From sequence record SRR22947727_351: 39,500 nt of DNA. One strand, written 5' to 3'. Under the pieces are notes generated by a model. The model was not told the origin of the DNA, did no database searches, and saw only the letters and a list, made by a program, of their open reading frames with translations. Each line of letters opens with the position of its first letter. The first letter of the stretch is position 1. Of the stretch, positions 18,094 through 26,931 are shown piece by piece. Both the position numbers and the translations under genes were made by a program.

Positions 18094-19104
18094 ACGATAA
18101 GCCACCAATACTGGAAAATGATCTGATAGACTTAAAGGAAAACTCTTGTGGTAGGTAATTTCGAAGCTTGGATCTGACAATAAGAAATCTATTCTCATGG
18201 GAAAGTACTTAAAATCAAAGGTTTTTCCATAACCAGAACCGGCAGATGTAAAACTATCAGTAAGGGCTCCTTTGATAGTGTGGTACACGCTAGAAAACTG
18301 GTTGGTATTAAAATCTCCAGCAACGATTACTTTGTGGGGACTGTCACTTTTGTGTGTTGCTATAATGTCTGCTTGGGCTTGCTGTTTGGCAAAAGAAACC
18401 TTTAGTCTTTTGTACAAACGTTCTCTAGTACCTGCTTCTAAACTAGACGCCTCAGGCTTAACCCTAAGAGATTGCAAATGTATATTGTACAATCTTACCG
18501 TATCCCCTTTTATTTTAAGGTCAACGAAAATTGCCGTATTGGTGCTATTTGGAAAAGGAAGCATTCCTTTTGCGGCTATAGGAAATTTTGAAAAAATAGC
18601 TTGCACCGCTTGTTTTGAATTATCGCTTGCACTAATAAACACATATGGGTAACTCATGAAACGCTTTTTCATGGAAACGTCAAACTCTTGAAAACAAATT
18701 ACCGATGGATCTGTTTTTTTTATAAATGCGACAATTTGGTTGGCAATAGAGGGATCATCACTCCATTGATACTTATTAAAAAGCCTCGTATTGAAGGAGA
18801 TTATTGAAAAGTCTTGAGATGGAGGCATTGGACGCTCTGCACGAAATTGAAAAAAGGAACCAATAAAAAAGTATGCAATTCCCAAAGAAACAATGGGTAG
18901 AAAAACAATCTTTTTGAATTGAATCATCCAATAAATCAAAAACAACAGGTTTCCTAAGACTAAAAAAGGAACAAAAAGACTAAAAATAGACATGGAAGGG
19001 ACCAGAGCAACAGAGATATAAGGTAAAAGACAGGCCAATAATAGCAGAGTACTCATCCCTATATTGAGTAACAACATAAAACCGTTAAAAACCTTTTTTA
19101 ACAT
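18085..19104 (-). CDS. Membrane-anchored endonuclease/exonuclease/phosphatase (EEP) family protein
   Basis: About three N-terminal TM segments; SFN, CFQE, NIHLQS, AGDFN, RIDF, SDHFPV. Confidence 0.9.
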   Translation of the reverse strand: MLKKVFNGFMLLLNIGMSTLLLLACLLPYISVALVPSMSIFSLFVPFLVLGNLLFLIYWMIQFKKIVFLPIVSLGIAYFFIGSFFQFRAERPMPPSQDFSIISFNTRLFNKYQWSDDPSIANQIVAFIKKTDPSVICFQEFDVSMKKRFMSYPYVFISASDNSKQAVQAIFSKFPIAAKGMLPFPNSTNTAIFVDLKIKGDTVRLYNIHLQSLRVKPEASSLEAGTRERLYKRLKVSFAKQQAQADIIATHKSDSPHKVIVAGDFNTNQFSSVYHTIKGALTDSFTSAGSGYGKTFDFKYFPMRIDFLLSDPSFEITYHKSFPLSLSDHFPVLVAYRLD

Positions 19105-19113
19105 AAATATTGC

Positions 19114-19983
19114 CTAAGATTTACCAGAACTAAATAAATAATCTTTTTCTTCTTTGGTCAATGAATCATAACCTGAATGACTGATTTTATCTAAAATAGC
19201 ATCTGTTTTTTTCTGTTGTTCGCGCTCCTTATAAGCTGTTGTAACACCTTGACTTGGTGTGCTTTTACTTCTTTTATAGGCAGTCTTTAAAGGCGTTTTA
19301 GATCGGGTAAACACCTTAAATAATTGCGAAAAAATAGTTTCAAAAGAGCGCCCTATATCTTTTCCCTCTTTCAGTTTATTGGCATATACAAAACCTAAAA
19401 TACCCCCGCCAATATGAGCCAAATGTCCTCCTGCATTACCATTGGGAATTTGAATCAGGTCCGTTAAAATAAAAAATACCCCAAGCTGCCAAAGCTTTAC
19501 ATTAAAGAAAAACACCCTTACTTCCTGGTAAGGCATATAACTACATATAAATATGAAAACGGCTGTGACTCCTGCAGATGCACCAATTAAACTAGCCCCA
19601 TTTCCACTAAACACAGGGAAAATGGTGTAACTCAATAAAAAGACCAATCCGCCTGTGATCAAGCCTAGAAAATACACATTTAGAAATCGCTTGGCATTGA
19701 AAAGATTTAAAAACAGCTGTCCTCCGAAATACAGCATGACCATATTAAAAAATAAGTGAGAAAAGCTGGCATGAAAAAAAGCATAGGAAACTAAAGTCCA
19801 TGGTTTTTCTAAAATTCCCAAAAAGCTACTCGGCAATGAGAACCAATACAAAAAACTAGCTGCGGGAAAATTAAATAAAAAAGGGAGGAGTGTTTGGAAC
19901 AAATAAAAAGCGACGCAAGCCAATGCTAGTTTTTCATGAATGCCTCTTAGCTGCCACCAATAGATAAAATTAGATCCTTTCAT
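19114..19983 (-). CDS. Rhomboid intramembrane serine protease with DUF6576-like C-terminal tail
   Basis: PWTLVSYAFFH, HLFFNM, IGASAG, GHLAHIGG; tail DAILDKISHSGYDSLTKEEK. ATG at 19983, 1 nt after the upstream stop, preferred over 20013. Confidence 0.9.
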   Translation of the reverse strand: MKGSNFIYWWQLRGIHEKLALACVAFYLFQTLLPFLFNFPAASFLYWFSLPSSFLGILEKPWTLVSYAFFHASFSHLFFNMVMLYFGGQLFLNLFNAKRFLNVYFLGLITGGLVFLLSYTIFPVFSGNGASLIGASAGVTAVFIFICSYMPYQEVRVFFFNVKLWQLGVFFILTDLIQIPNGNAGGHLAHIGGGILGFVYANKLKEGKDIGRSFETIFSQLFKVFTRSKTPLKTAYKRSKSTPSQGVTTAYKEREQQKKTDAILDKISHSGYDSLTKEEKDYLFSSGKS

Positions 19984-19984
19984 A

Positions 19985-20728
19985 TCAATGCCATCTGTGG
20001 TTGTTAAATTCATTCTTTTTCCAATACCAGGCCATTATAAAACCAAATATTGCCCCACCAACATGCGCGAAGTGCGCAATACCTGATCCAAAAATACTAT
20101 AACCAGTTACCCCTGAAAATAAATCCAAGCCAATCAAGACTGGAATAAAATACTTGGCTTTAATAGGTACAGGTACAAACATTAAAAATAGTTCTGAATT
20201 AGGATAGGCCATACCAAAAGCGACTAGCACTCCATAAATTGCTCCCGAGGCACCCACTGCTGGAGTAGAGAACGCAGAAAGCATATTATCTATTGTTCCC
20301 CTAGATGCAAAGTCATACCAACCTGGGCTGTATTGCCCCTGACGTATAATTTCCATTACAGATTCAGACGCTATTCCATTTGCTGCTAAAGCATCTAATC
20401 CTTGATGCAAATACAAATAATTAACCCCAGAATGAATGAGGGTTGCCCCAATACCTGCAGAAATGTAAAAAAATAAAAACTTTTGCTTTCCCCATTTAAA
20501 CTCTAATGGTGATCCAAAAGCCCAAAGTGCATACATATTAAAAAACAAATGCATAAAACCACCGTGCATAAACATATGTGTGAGTACCTGCCAAAAAGAG
20601 AAGTTGTCATTCTCAAAGTACCATAGAGAGAACCATTGGTATAAGACGTCTCCGTACAACTGAGTGGCCACAAAAAAGATCACATTAATTATGATCAAAT
20701 GCTTCACTGTATCACTAATCCTTCCCAT
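19985..20728 (-). CDS. Rhomboid intramembrane serine protease
   Basis: WQVLTHMFMHGG, HLFFNM, VGASGAIYG, IAHFAHVGG. Confidence 0.93.
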   Translation of the reverse strand: MGRISDTVKHLIIINVIFFVATQLYGDVLYQWFSLWYFENDNFSFWQVLTHMFMHGGFMHLFFNMYALWAFGSPLEFKWGKQKFLFFYISAGIGATLIHSGVNYLYLHQGLDALAANGIASESVMEIIRQGQYSPGWYDFASRGTIDNMLSAFSTPAVGASGAIYGVLVAFGMAYPNSELFLMFVPVPIKAKYFIPVLIGLDLFSGVTGYSIFGSGIAHFAHVGGAIFGFIMAWYWKKNEFNNHRWH

Positions 20729-22650
20729 TATAAAAATTTTAAATCTAATTCAGTTTGTTGCAAATTAGTCATTACTGACTTTCCAAAGGGAGAAGTCAAG
20801 AACTCTTTACAAGCAAATAGCTCATCTATAAGGTTTAATTGCTCTGCCAATGCTAAGGTGTCACCTGTCTTAATACCCATACTTTTAGCTAAAGCCTTAG
20901 CCAATATATCTGTTTGTGAAAAATGGTCCCCGAGATGTCCTGCTTCATAGGTGTTTAAAAAGTCTTGAATGACTCGTGAGAGGTCTTTTTCCTGAAGCAC
21001 TATGGGTATGCCAATAATAGATAAAGTTTGATTGTCTTTTATTTCCATATTAAAACCCAATGAACACAAAGGCGCCATTAATTCCTCTAAGCGCATAATT
21101 TCAGGAATCGTAAAAGTAAGCTCTTTGGGGAATAACAGTTGTTGACTGGCTGCTTCTTGGTGGGTGAAATTGGTTAAAAAACGTTCATATAAAACCCTTT
21201 GGTGTGCCCTAGACTGGTGAATCACTAATAGTCCAGATTTAGTAGAACTTACTAGATACTTTCTCCCTAACTGAAAACAATTATGAGCAGATTTTGAAGG
21301 TGCTTGGGCGTCAAAAAATCCAGCTTGCATATGGGATTCTTCCACATATAAATTGTTTGGGACTTTTGACAATGAAGTAAAAGGGTCTGCGGGATCTGAA
21401 CTATTTATCCCATTACTGTCATTGTGAATATTTGAATAAAGCGATTCCCATGAAGCGGGGTTTTTATTAAAAGAACTGTCTTTTGAGTACGTACCATGAA
21501 ATTGCTTGCTGCTTTGTTTAGAGGCAGGTAGTTTGTCTTGAATCTCAAACGGATTAAAAGAAGCGTCTACCGAAATATGTGGAATTGGTGCAGGGGTTTT
21601 TAGTGTTTCGTATGGGTTGTCTAGGTTGGGATCTCTTTCGAAATCTAACACAGGAGCTACATTAAATTGACCCAATGAATGCTTTATAGCAGATCTTAAA
21701 ATAGCGAACAAAGTATGTTCGTCTTCAAATTTTATTTCTGTTTTAGTGGGATGTATATTAATGTCAATGGTCTGAGGAGCCACGTCTATTTGAAGAAAAT
21801 ATCCCGGATGTACGCCATTAGAAATAAGGCCTTCAAAGGCATTTACTACTGCAAAATGCAATGAACTAATCTTTACGAACCGTTGGTTGACAAAAAAAAA
21901 CTGCGTACCCTTACTCTTTTTTGCAGACTCGGGTTTAAGCACAAAACCACTTATTTTTAGTTGGGGGGTCTCTTCTTGAACTGGGACCAATTTATCTTGA
22001 ATCTTCTTTCCGAAAATTTGAACAATTCTTTGACTAAAACTGGTGCTGGGCAATACAAAAAGTGGGGCGCCGTCTGCGAAATAGGTGAATTTTATTCCAG
22101 GATGGACTAAAGCCAATCTATGAAACTCATCGGTAATATGACGCTGCTCTACTTGTTTTGATTTTAAAAAATTACGCCTGGCTGGAATGTTGTAAAATAA
22201 GTTGTTCACAGCAAAACTAGTTCCTTTAGGAGTCACCACTTCTGTATGTTCCTCCAGTTTACCTGCAGCTATGTGAATTTCTCGACCCAATTCCATATCC
22301 TGGGTCTTGGTTTTCATAACTACCTGAGCAATAGCAGCAATAGAAGCCAAAGCTTCCCCTCTAAATCCTTTTGTTTGAATCTTAAATAAGTCTTCTGCTG
22401 TTTGTAATTTAGATGTGGCATGGCGTTCAAAACACATTACAGCATCTTGTGCAGACATACCCACACCATTGTCAATAACTTGAACCAATAGCTTGCCTCC
22501 CTCTTTAATGTGTAGGGCAATTTCAGTTGCTCCAGCGTCTACGGCATTTTCAAGCAATTCTTTAACCAATGAGGCAGGTCTCTGAACTACTTCACCAGCC
22601 GCAATTTGATTGGCTACATGAGCCTCTAAACGCTTAATAATTTGGGTCAT
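20728..22650 (-). CDS. mutL: DNA mismatch repair protein MutL
   Basis: ANQIAAGEVVQRPAS, ENAVDAGA, DNGVGM, RHATSK, GFRGEALASI, DINIHPTKTEI. ATG at 22650 (GTG at 22653 is an alternative). Confidence 0.97.
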   Translation of the reverse strand: MTQIIKRLEAHVANQIAAGEVVQRPASLVKELLENAVDAGATEIALHIKEGGKLLVQVIDNGVGMSAQDAVMCFERHATSKLQTAEDLFKIQTKGFRGEALASIAAIAQVVMKTKTQDMELGREIHIAAGKLEEHTEVVTPKGTSFAVNNLFYNIPARRNFLKSKQVEQRHITDEFHRLALVHPGIKFTYFADGAPLFVLPSTSFSQRIVQIFGKKIQDKLVPVQEETPQLKISGFVLKPESAKKSKGTQFFFVNQRFVKISSLHFAVVNAFEGLISNGVHPGYFLQIDVAPQTIDINIHPTKTEIKFEDEHTLFAILRSAIKHSLGQFNVAPVLDFERDPNLDNPYETLKTPAPIPHISVDASFNPFEIQDKLPASKQSSKQFHGTYSKDSSFNKNPASWESLYSNIHNDSNGINSSDPADPFTSLSKVPNNLYVEESHMQAGFFDAQAPSKSAHNCFQLGRKYLVSSTKSGLLVIHQSRAHQRVLYERFLTNFTHQEAASQQLLFPKELTFTIPEIMRLEELMAPLCSLGFNMEIKDNQTLSIIGIPIVLQEKDLSRVIQDFLNTYEAGHLGDHFSQTDILAKALAKSMGIKTGDTLALAEQLNLIDELFACKEFLTSPFGKSVMTNLQQTELDLKFL

Positions 22651-22946
22651 CACAATAAAATATCTAATCCGCCCATTTGAACGGCAGTATAAAAGGCCAA
22701 TAACAAAAAGACAAAAATAACCGCTAAACGGATCCTTCTATTTTTTTCCATCGCCTGACTTTTTTGCCTACGCCAGTCTTCTCTAAAAGATTTTGGTCCA
22801 GAAGTTCTAAAGAGACTTTGGTCTGCTGTGGACGCTTCCTTTTCTCTTTTTAGCCTTTCAATACGCTCTTTCCGCTCGCTGTAATAACGTGGGGAATAAC
22901 CGTAAGATTTATTGCTATTTTGTTTAAATAAAGTAGGTAGTCTCAT
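22650..22946 (-). CDS. Conserved small basic membrane protein upstream of mutL
   Basis: 98 aa, NKSYGYSPRYY motif, C-terminal TM; its TGA overlaps the mutL ATG (TGATG). Confidence 0.7.
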   Translation of the reverse strand: MRLPTLFKQNSNKSYGYSPRYYSERKERIERLKREKEASTADQSLFRTSGPKSFREDWRRQKSQAMEKNRRIRLAVIFVFLLLAFYTAVQMGGLDILL

Positions 22947-22962
22947 AATGGCAAGCTTCTTT

Positions 22963-22970
22963 CAAAAATA
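22963..22970 (-). promoter_or_regulatory. -7 element (TATTTTTG) for the mutL operon
   Basis: CAAAAATA on the + strand, 16 nt upstream of the ATG at 22946. Confidence 0.6.
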
Positions 22971-23173
22971 GGAAAAAATAGCCCCTAGAATAAGCAAAAA
23001 GACGCAAAATTGTTAACAATGCCCGAATGCTTAAATTATATTTAAAACCCTAACTTGATTGATGAATCTGAAGTCAAATCAATTGAATTCATAGAATGGC
23101 CTTATTGAAAACCCAGCAAAAGCTAATAAATGATGAAAAAGTTGATTGGCAGATCCAATAGTAATTACAAGCC

Positions 23174-23653
23174 TTAAGACAAATTAGCCATTTGAATGGC
23201 GGCTACAGCTGCCTCTACCCCTTTATTTCCGTGCTTCCCTCCAGACCTGTCTTGTGCCTGCTGTAAAGTATTGTCTGTTAAAACACAGAAAATAACCGGC
23301 ACCTGGGTTTGAATATTTAAATCCATTACCCCTTGCGCAGTGGCCTGGCAAACAAAATCAAAGTGCTTTGTTTCACCTTGAATGACACTCCCAATGACAA
23401 TTACTGCGTCTGGGGCATATTTATCGATCATTTTAGAAGCGCCAAAAGGCAATTCAAAACTCCCAGGTACATTGAATGTAATCATGTCTTGGTCTTGAAC
23501 ACCATGGGAAGATAGGGTCTCTACAGCACCTTTGTATAGGGCATGGGTAATTTCCTTATTCCATTGTGACACCACCAAGCCAACTCTAAGTCCATTGGCG
23601 TTGGGAACGTCTTCTGCGTTATAATCGGATAAATTACTAAGAGCGGTGGCCAT
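23174..23653 (-). CDS. ribH: 6,7-dimethyl-8-ribityllumazine synthase
   Basis: VSQWNKEIT, VPGSFELP, IGSVIQGETKHFDFV, RSGGKHGNKGVEAA. Confidence 0.96.
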   Translation of the reverse strand: MATALSNLSDYNAEDVPNANGLRVGLVVSQWNKEITHALYKGAVETLSSHGVQDQDMITFNVPGSFELPFGASKMIDKYAPDAVIVIGSVIQGETKHFDFVCQATAQGVMDLNIQTQVPVIFCVLTDNTLQQAQDRSGGKHGNKGVEAAVAAIQMANLS

Positions 23654-24420
23654 TATTTATCTCCGTTCATTAGTCCTAACAAGGCGTCTGCACCTGCTGC
23701 TTCTAATGCATTTGGAAAATCTGTTTTAATTTGAGCGATATAAGAGGCTGCCTTTTCTTTTTGACCTAATGCCACTGCAGCTACTGCAGCTTTGTGTAAA
23801 AATTTAGGTGTTGTGAACTCATTGTTACTGTGTCCTAAAGCACTTTGGTAGTAAGAAAGTGCCTCTGAAGTTTGCTCCAACTGCATGAATGCATCTCCAA
23901 TAGCACCTTGTGCCAATGCACCAAGTACTGCGTCATCTGATGAGAATTGTTCTAATTCCGCAATAGCTTCTGGATATTTCTGCAGGTTTAATAAAGAAAT
24001 TCCTGCAGCGTAGTGGGCTAAATTAGCCGCTTTAGTTCCAGCGTATTCTTTTGTTATATCTAAAAGACCGTATTTACCTTCAGCACCATCTAAGGCCAAT
24101 TGAAAAAGAGAATCTTTGGCTTGTGTGGCGTTTATAGCCTGATCAAAGTATTGTTGTGGGTAAAATAATTCATTGGCTGCAGTAGCTTCTTGAGGCTTTT
24201 GTACAAATTGCACATACCCTAAATAACCTAAAACAGCCAATGCTACAGCACCAATCACTCCCAATATATAGGTCTGATTCGCTGCTACCCAGGCTTCTGT
24301 TTTAGACGCACCTTCATCTAAGCTAGAAAAAACTTCTGCTGTTGTACTGTTTTCATTTTGTAACTGTTGTGATTCTTCAACATTCTTACCTTTATATCCG
24401 CGCTTGTTATAAGTAGCCAT
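23653..24420 (-). CDS. Single-pass membrane TPR protein (YfgM-like)
   Basis: TM segment ILGVIGAVALAVLGYLGYV followed by helical repeats (YAGTKAANLAHY, GAIGDAF..L); TAATG overlap with ribH. Confidence 0.8.
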   Translation of the reverse strand: MATYNKRGYKGKNVEESQQLQNENSTTAEVFSSLDEGASKTEAWVAANQTYILGVIGAVALAVLGYLGYVQFVQKPQEATAANELFYPQQYFDQAINATQAKDSLFQLALDGAEGKYGLLDITKEYAGTKAANLAHYAAGISLLNLQKYPEAIAELEQFSSDDAVLGALAQGAIGDAFMQLEQTSEALSYYQSALGHSNNEFTTPKFLHKAAVAAVALGQKEKAASYIAQIKTDFPNALEAAGADALLGLMNGDK

Positions 24421-24438
24421 AATCTATATTTAGTGGGG

Positions 24439-24446
24439 CAAAAATA
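24439..24446 (-). promoter_or_regulatory. -7 element (TATTTTTG) for TPR-ribH
   Basis: CAAAAATA on the + strand, 18 nt upstream of the ATG at 24420. Confidence 0.6.
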
Positions 24447-24482
24447 AAGTTTTTATCTAAATTGAAAAGCCTATTTATTCGT

Positions 24483-24490
24483 TATTTTTG
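24483..24490 (+). promoter_or_regulatory. -7 element (TATTTTTG) for the recF operon
   Basis: Exact TAnnTTTG 50 nt upstream of the ATG at 24541. Confidence 0.55.
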
Positions 24491-24540
24491 AATAATTTGC
24501 ACTTAATTACCTAAAGCCCCCATTCAGCTAAGCATTTTCA

Positions 24541-25623
24541 ATGGTTTTAAAACAACTCTCCTTACTCAATTACAAGAATTTCAACCAACGTGATTTCACC
24601 TTTAACCCAAAAATGAATTGCATTGTTGGGGCCAATGGCATTGGAAAAACGAATGTTTTAGACGCTATTTACCACCTGTCATTTGGTAAAAGTTATTTTA
24701 ATCCCATCAGTTCTCAAAACATCAGACACGGAGAAGACTTTTTTGTCATAGACGCCATTTTAGAGAAAGAAGAAAAATCTGAAAAACTCATTTGCAGCAT
24801 GAAAAAAGGGGCTAAAAAGGTCGTTAAGAGAAATGGAAAAGTCTATGAAAAATTAGCAGACCACATAGGATTTATGCCTCTAGTCATGATATCTCCAACA
24901 GATAGGGACCTCATTACAGAAGGCAGTGAAACCAGAAGAAAATTCATTGACGGGGTTATTTCTCAATCAGACAAAAATTATTTAAATACCCTTTTAAATT
25001 ATCAAAAGGTGCTTTCTCAAAGAAATGCACTACTCAAATACTTTGCCGCTAATCAAACTTTTGACTCAGAAACACTGAGTGTTTACAACAGCCAATTGTC
25101 CCAATTGGCCCAACCAATTTATGAAAAAAGAAAAGCGTTTTTAACACAGTTTATACCGATTTTTCAATCTCAACATCAAGCTATTTCTGGGGGAAATGAA
25201 TCGGTAACTATCGATTATTCAAGCGGTATGGATCATGCCCCTTTAGAAGACTTATTGGTGCAAAACCTATCCAAAGACAGGGCATTACAATATACCTCAG
25301 TAGGTATTCACAAAGACGACCTACAATTTGAATTAGAAGGACACCCCATAAAAAAATTCGGAAGTCAGGGACAACAGAAATCCTTTTTAATCGCTTTAAA
25401 GCTCGCTCAATTTCATTTCATTAAAGAAAAGTCTAATACCACCCCAATTTTACTTTTAGACGACATTTTTGATAAGTTAGACGCACAAAGGGTGGCACAA
25501 TTACTGGGCCTAGTAAATGACCATGCCTATGGTCAAATATTTATTAGTGACACTCATGCAGACAGGACCGAAGCCGTTTTAAAAACAACTGAACACCCTT
25601 ACGCCCTCATTTCTCTAGCATAA
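24541..25623 (+). CDS. recF: DNA replication/repair protein RecF
   Basis: [45 protein letters not shown]. Confidence 0.96.
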   Translation: MVLKQLSLLNYKNFNQRDFTFNPKMNCIVGANGIGKTNVLDAIYHLSFGKSYFNPISSQNIRHGEDFFVIDAILEKEEKSEKLICSMKKGAKKVVKRNGKVYEKLADHIGFMPLVMISPTDRDLITEGSETRRKFIDGVISQSDKNYLNTLLNYQKVLSQRNALLKYFAANQTFDSETLSVYNSQLSQLAQPIYEKRKAFLTQFIPIFQSQHQAISGGNESVTIDYSSGMDHAPLEDLLVQNLSKDRALQYTSVGIHKDDLQFELEGHPIKKFGSQGQQKSFLIALKLAQFHFIKEKSNTTPILLLDDIFDKLDAQRVAQLLGLVNDHAYGQIFISDTHADRTEAVLKTTEHPYALISLA

Positions 25624-25640
25624 ATTACTACCTTTAAGCC

Positions 25641-26063
25641 ATGCAAAAACACCTGTATCTAATATTGCTTTTAACGGTCATTACTGCCTGTAAATCCTCC
25701 ATTCAAGAAGGTGAAATAAGTCGTTTAGAAGGTTATTGGGAAATTACAAAAGTTGTTTTCCAAGACGGAACAACCAAGCCATATACTGTCAATACAACGG
25801 TAGATTATATAGGCATTGATGGGTTTAACGGATATATAAAGAAAATGAAACCTGGCCTTAACGGCCGATACCAAACTTCTAACAAAGCAGCCCAATTCAA
25901 ACTCATCCAAAAAGATGGGTTGTGGGAAATGCATTTTGAAGGAGACCAAAAAAGCACCCTTAGCCTATTGGAATTAGATAGCCTTGAATATGCCGTTAAG
26001 GACCAAGGGCAAGTACGCTACTACTACAAACGCTATGAACCGATCAATATAAAAGATGAGTAG
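25641..26063 (+). CDS. Lipocalin-like lipoprotein
   Basis: Lipobox VITAC; lipocalin-type GxW motif (LEGYWEI); beta-rich sequence. Confidence 0.65.
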   Translation: MQKHLYLILLLTVITACKSSIQEGEISRLEGYWEITKVVFQDGTTKPYTVNTTVDYIGIDGFNGYIKKMKPGLNGRYQTSNKAAQFKLIQKDGLWEMHFEGDQKSTLSLLELDSLEYAVKDQGQVRYYYKRYEPINIKDE

Positions 26064-26349
26064 AAAAGACAGCCCACAACTTTTAAAAGAGGCCTTAGCA
26101 GGTTTTATCACAGAAAATAAACTTGAAAAGGGTTTGGACAAAGTGAATGCCAAAGATGCCTGGGCACAATCCATGGGAAGTGGCGTAAACGCCTACACGA
26201 ATGAAGTGCGTTTAGAAGGCACTACCTTATATGTCTTTTTAAGTTCTGCCGTATTAAGGGAAGAACTCAGTCATGGTAAATCTAAAATTATTGACATGCT
26301 CAACGCTCTTTTAGGTAAAGACATGATTCAAAAAATTGTCCTTAGATAA
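26056..26349 (+). CDS. DUF721/DciA-family protein
   Basis: W...MG..V..YT, TLYVFLSSAVLREEL, K..IIDMLN..LG; downstream of recF. Confidence 0.85.
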   Translation: MSRKDSPQLLKEALAGFITENKLEKGLDKVNAKDAWAQSMGSGVNAYTNEVRLEGTTLYVFLSSAVLREELSHGKSKIIDMLNALLGKDMIQKIVLR

Positions 26350-26367
26350 TATAAAAATACGCGCATC

Positions 26368-26399
26368 AAAAAAGGCGGCCCATTGGGCCGCCTTTTTTT
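26368..26399. terminator. Bidirectional intrinsic terminator between DUF721 and ndk
   Basis: A6-GGCGGCCC-ATT-GGGCCGCC-T7 between convergent genes. Confidence 0.92.
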
Positions 26400-26426
26400 A
26401 GTAATAAGCTTTTTTAGTAATAAGCT
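26395..26426. repeat. Perfect 16-bp tandem duplication TTTTTAGTAATAAGCT x2
   Basis: 26395-26410 is identical to 26411-26426. Confidence 0.9.
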
Positions 26427-26444
26427 ATGGTATTAATATACTGC

Positions 26445-26864
26445 TTAGAAAATCTCTCTTCCAGCAAAGTGAAAAGCACCTTCAATGGCTGCGTTCTCAT
26501 CACTATCAGATCCGTGAACAGCATTTTCTCCAATAGAGGTTGCATATATTTTTCTAATCGTACCTTCTGCTGCTTCTTCAGGATTTGTAGCGCCAATAAG
26601 TGCTCTAAAATCTTCTACAGCATTGTCTTTTTCTAAAATAGCTGCAACAATAGGACCAGAAGACATGAATTCAACCAATTCACCAAAAAATGGTCTTTCT
26701 GAATGTACTGCGTAAAAAGCTTTTGCATCACGAAGGCTTAACTGTGTGTACTTCATGGCTACAATTTTAAAACCTGCTGCCGTAACTTTTTCTAAAATAC
26801 CACCAATATGTCCATTAGCTACTGCATCTGGCTTAATCATGGTAAAGGTTCTGTTTTGAATCAT
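26445..26864 (-). CDS. ndk: Nucleoside diphosphate kinase
   Basis: [40 protein letters not shown]. Confidence 0.98.
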   Translation of the reverse strand: MIQNRTFTMIKPDAVANGHIGGILEKVTAAGFKIVAMKYTQLSLRDAKAFYAVHSERPFFGELVEFMSSGPIVAAILEKDNAVEDFRALIGATNPEEAAEGTIRKIYATSIGENAVHGSDSDENAAIEGAFHFAGREIF

Positions 26865-26880
26865 CTTAAAATTTTTTTTG

Positions 26881-26888
26881 CAAAAGTA
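26881..26888 (-). promoter_or_regulatory. -7 element (TACTTTTG) for ndk
   Basis: CAAAAGTA on the + strand; TTG (-33-like) candidates lie 18 and 21 nt further upstream. Confidence 0.7.
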
Positions 26889-26931
26889 CTGCTTTTTTTA
26901 TGATAACAACAACAAAACCAATGAGATGTTT

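Noticed and set aside
19984..20013. Longer starts in the ORF track for rhomboid 2 (20013), phoD (27993) and anmK (6528)
   Set aside because: The rhomboid start overlaps the upstream gene, the phoD TTG lies in a promoter box, and the anmK TTG sits two codons before an ATG. Downstream ATGs at 19983, 27957 and 6534 fit better.
22650..22946. Calling the 98-aa ORF a riboflavin synthase subunit because it neighbours ribH
   Set aside because: It has no lumazine or riboflavin synthase motifs. It is a short basic protein with one TM.
22947..23173. tRNA or FMN riboswitch near ribH
   Set aside because: No GTTCRA T-loop or cloverleaf on either strand, no FMN aptamer motifs, and the gap is downstream of ribH.
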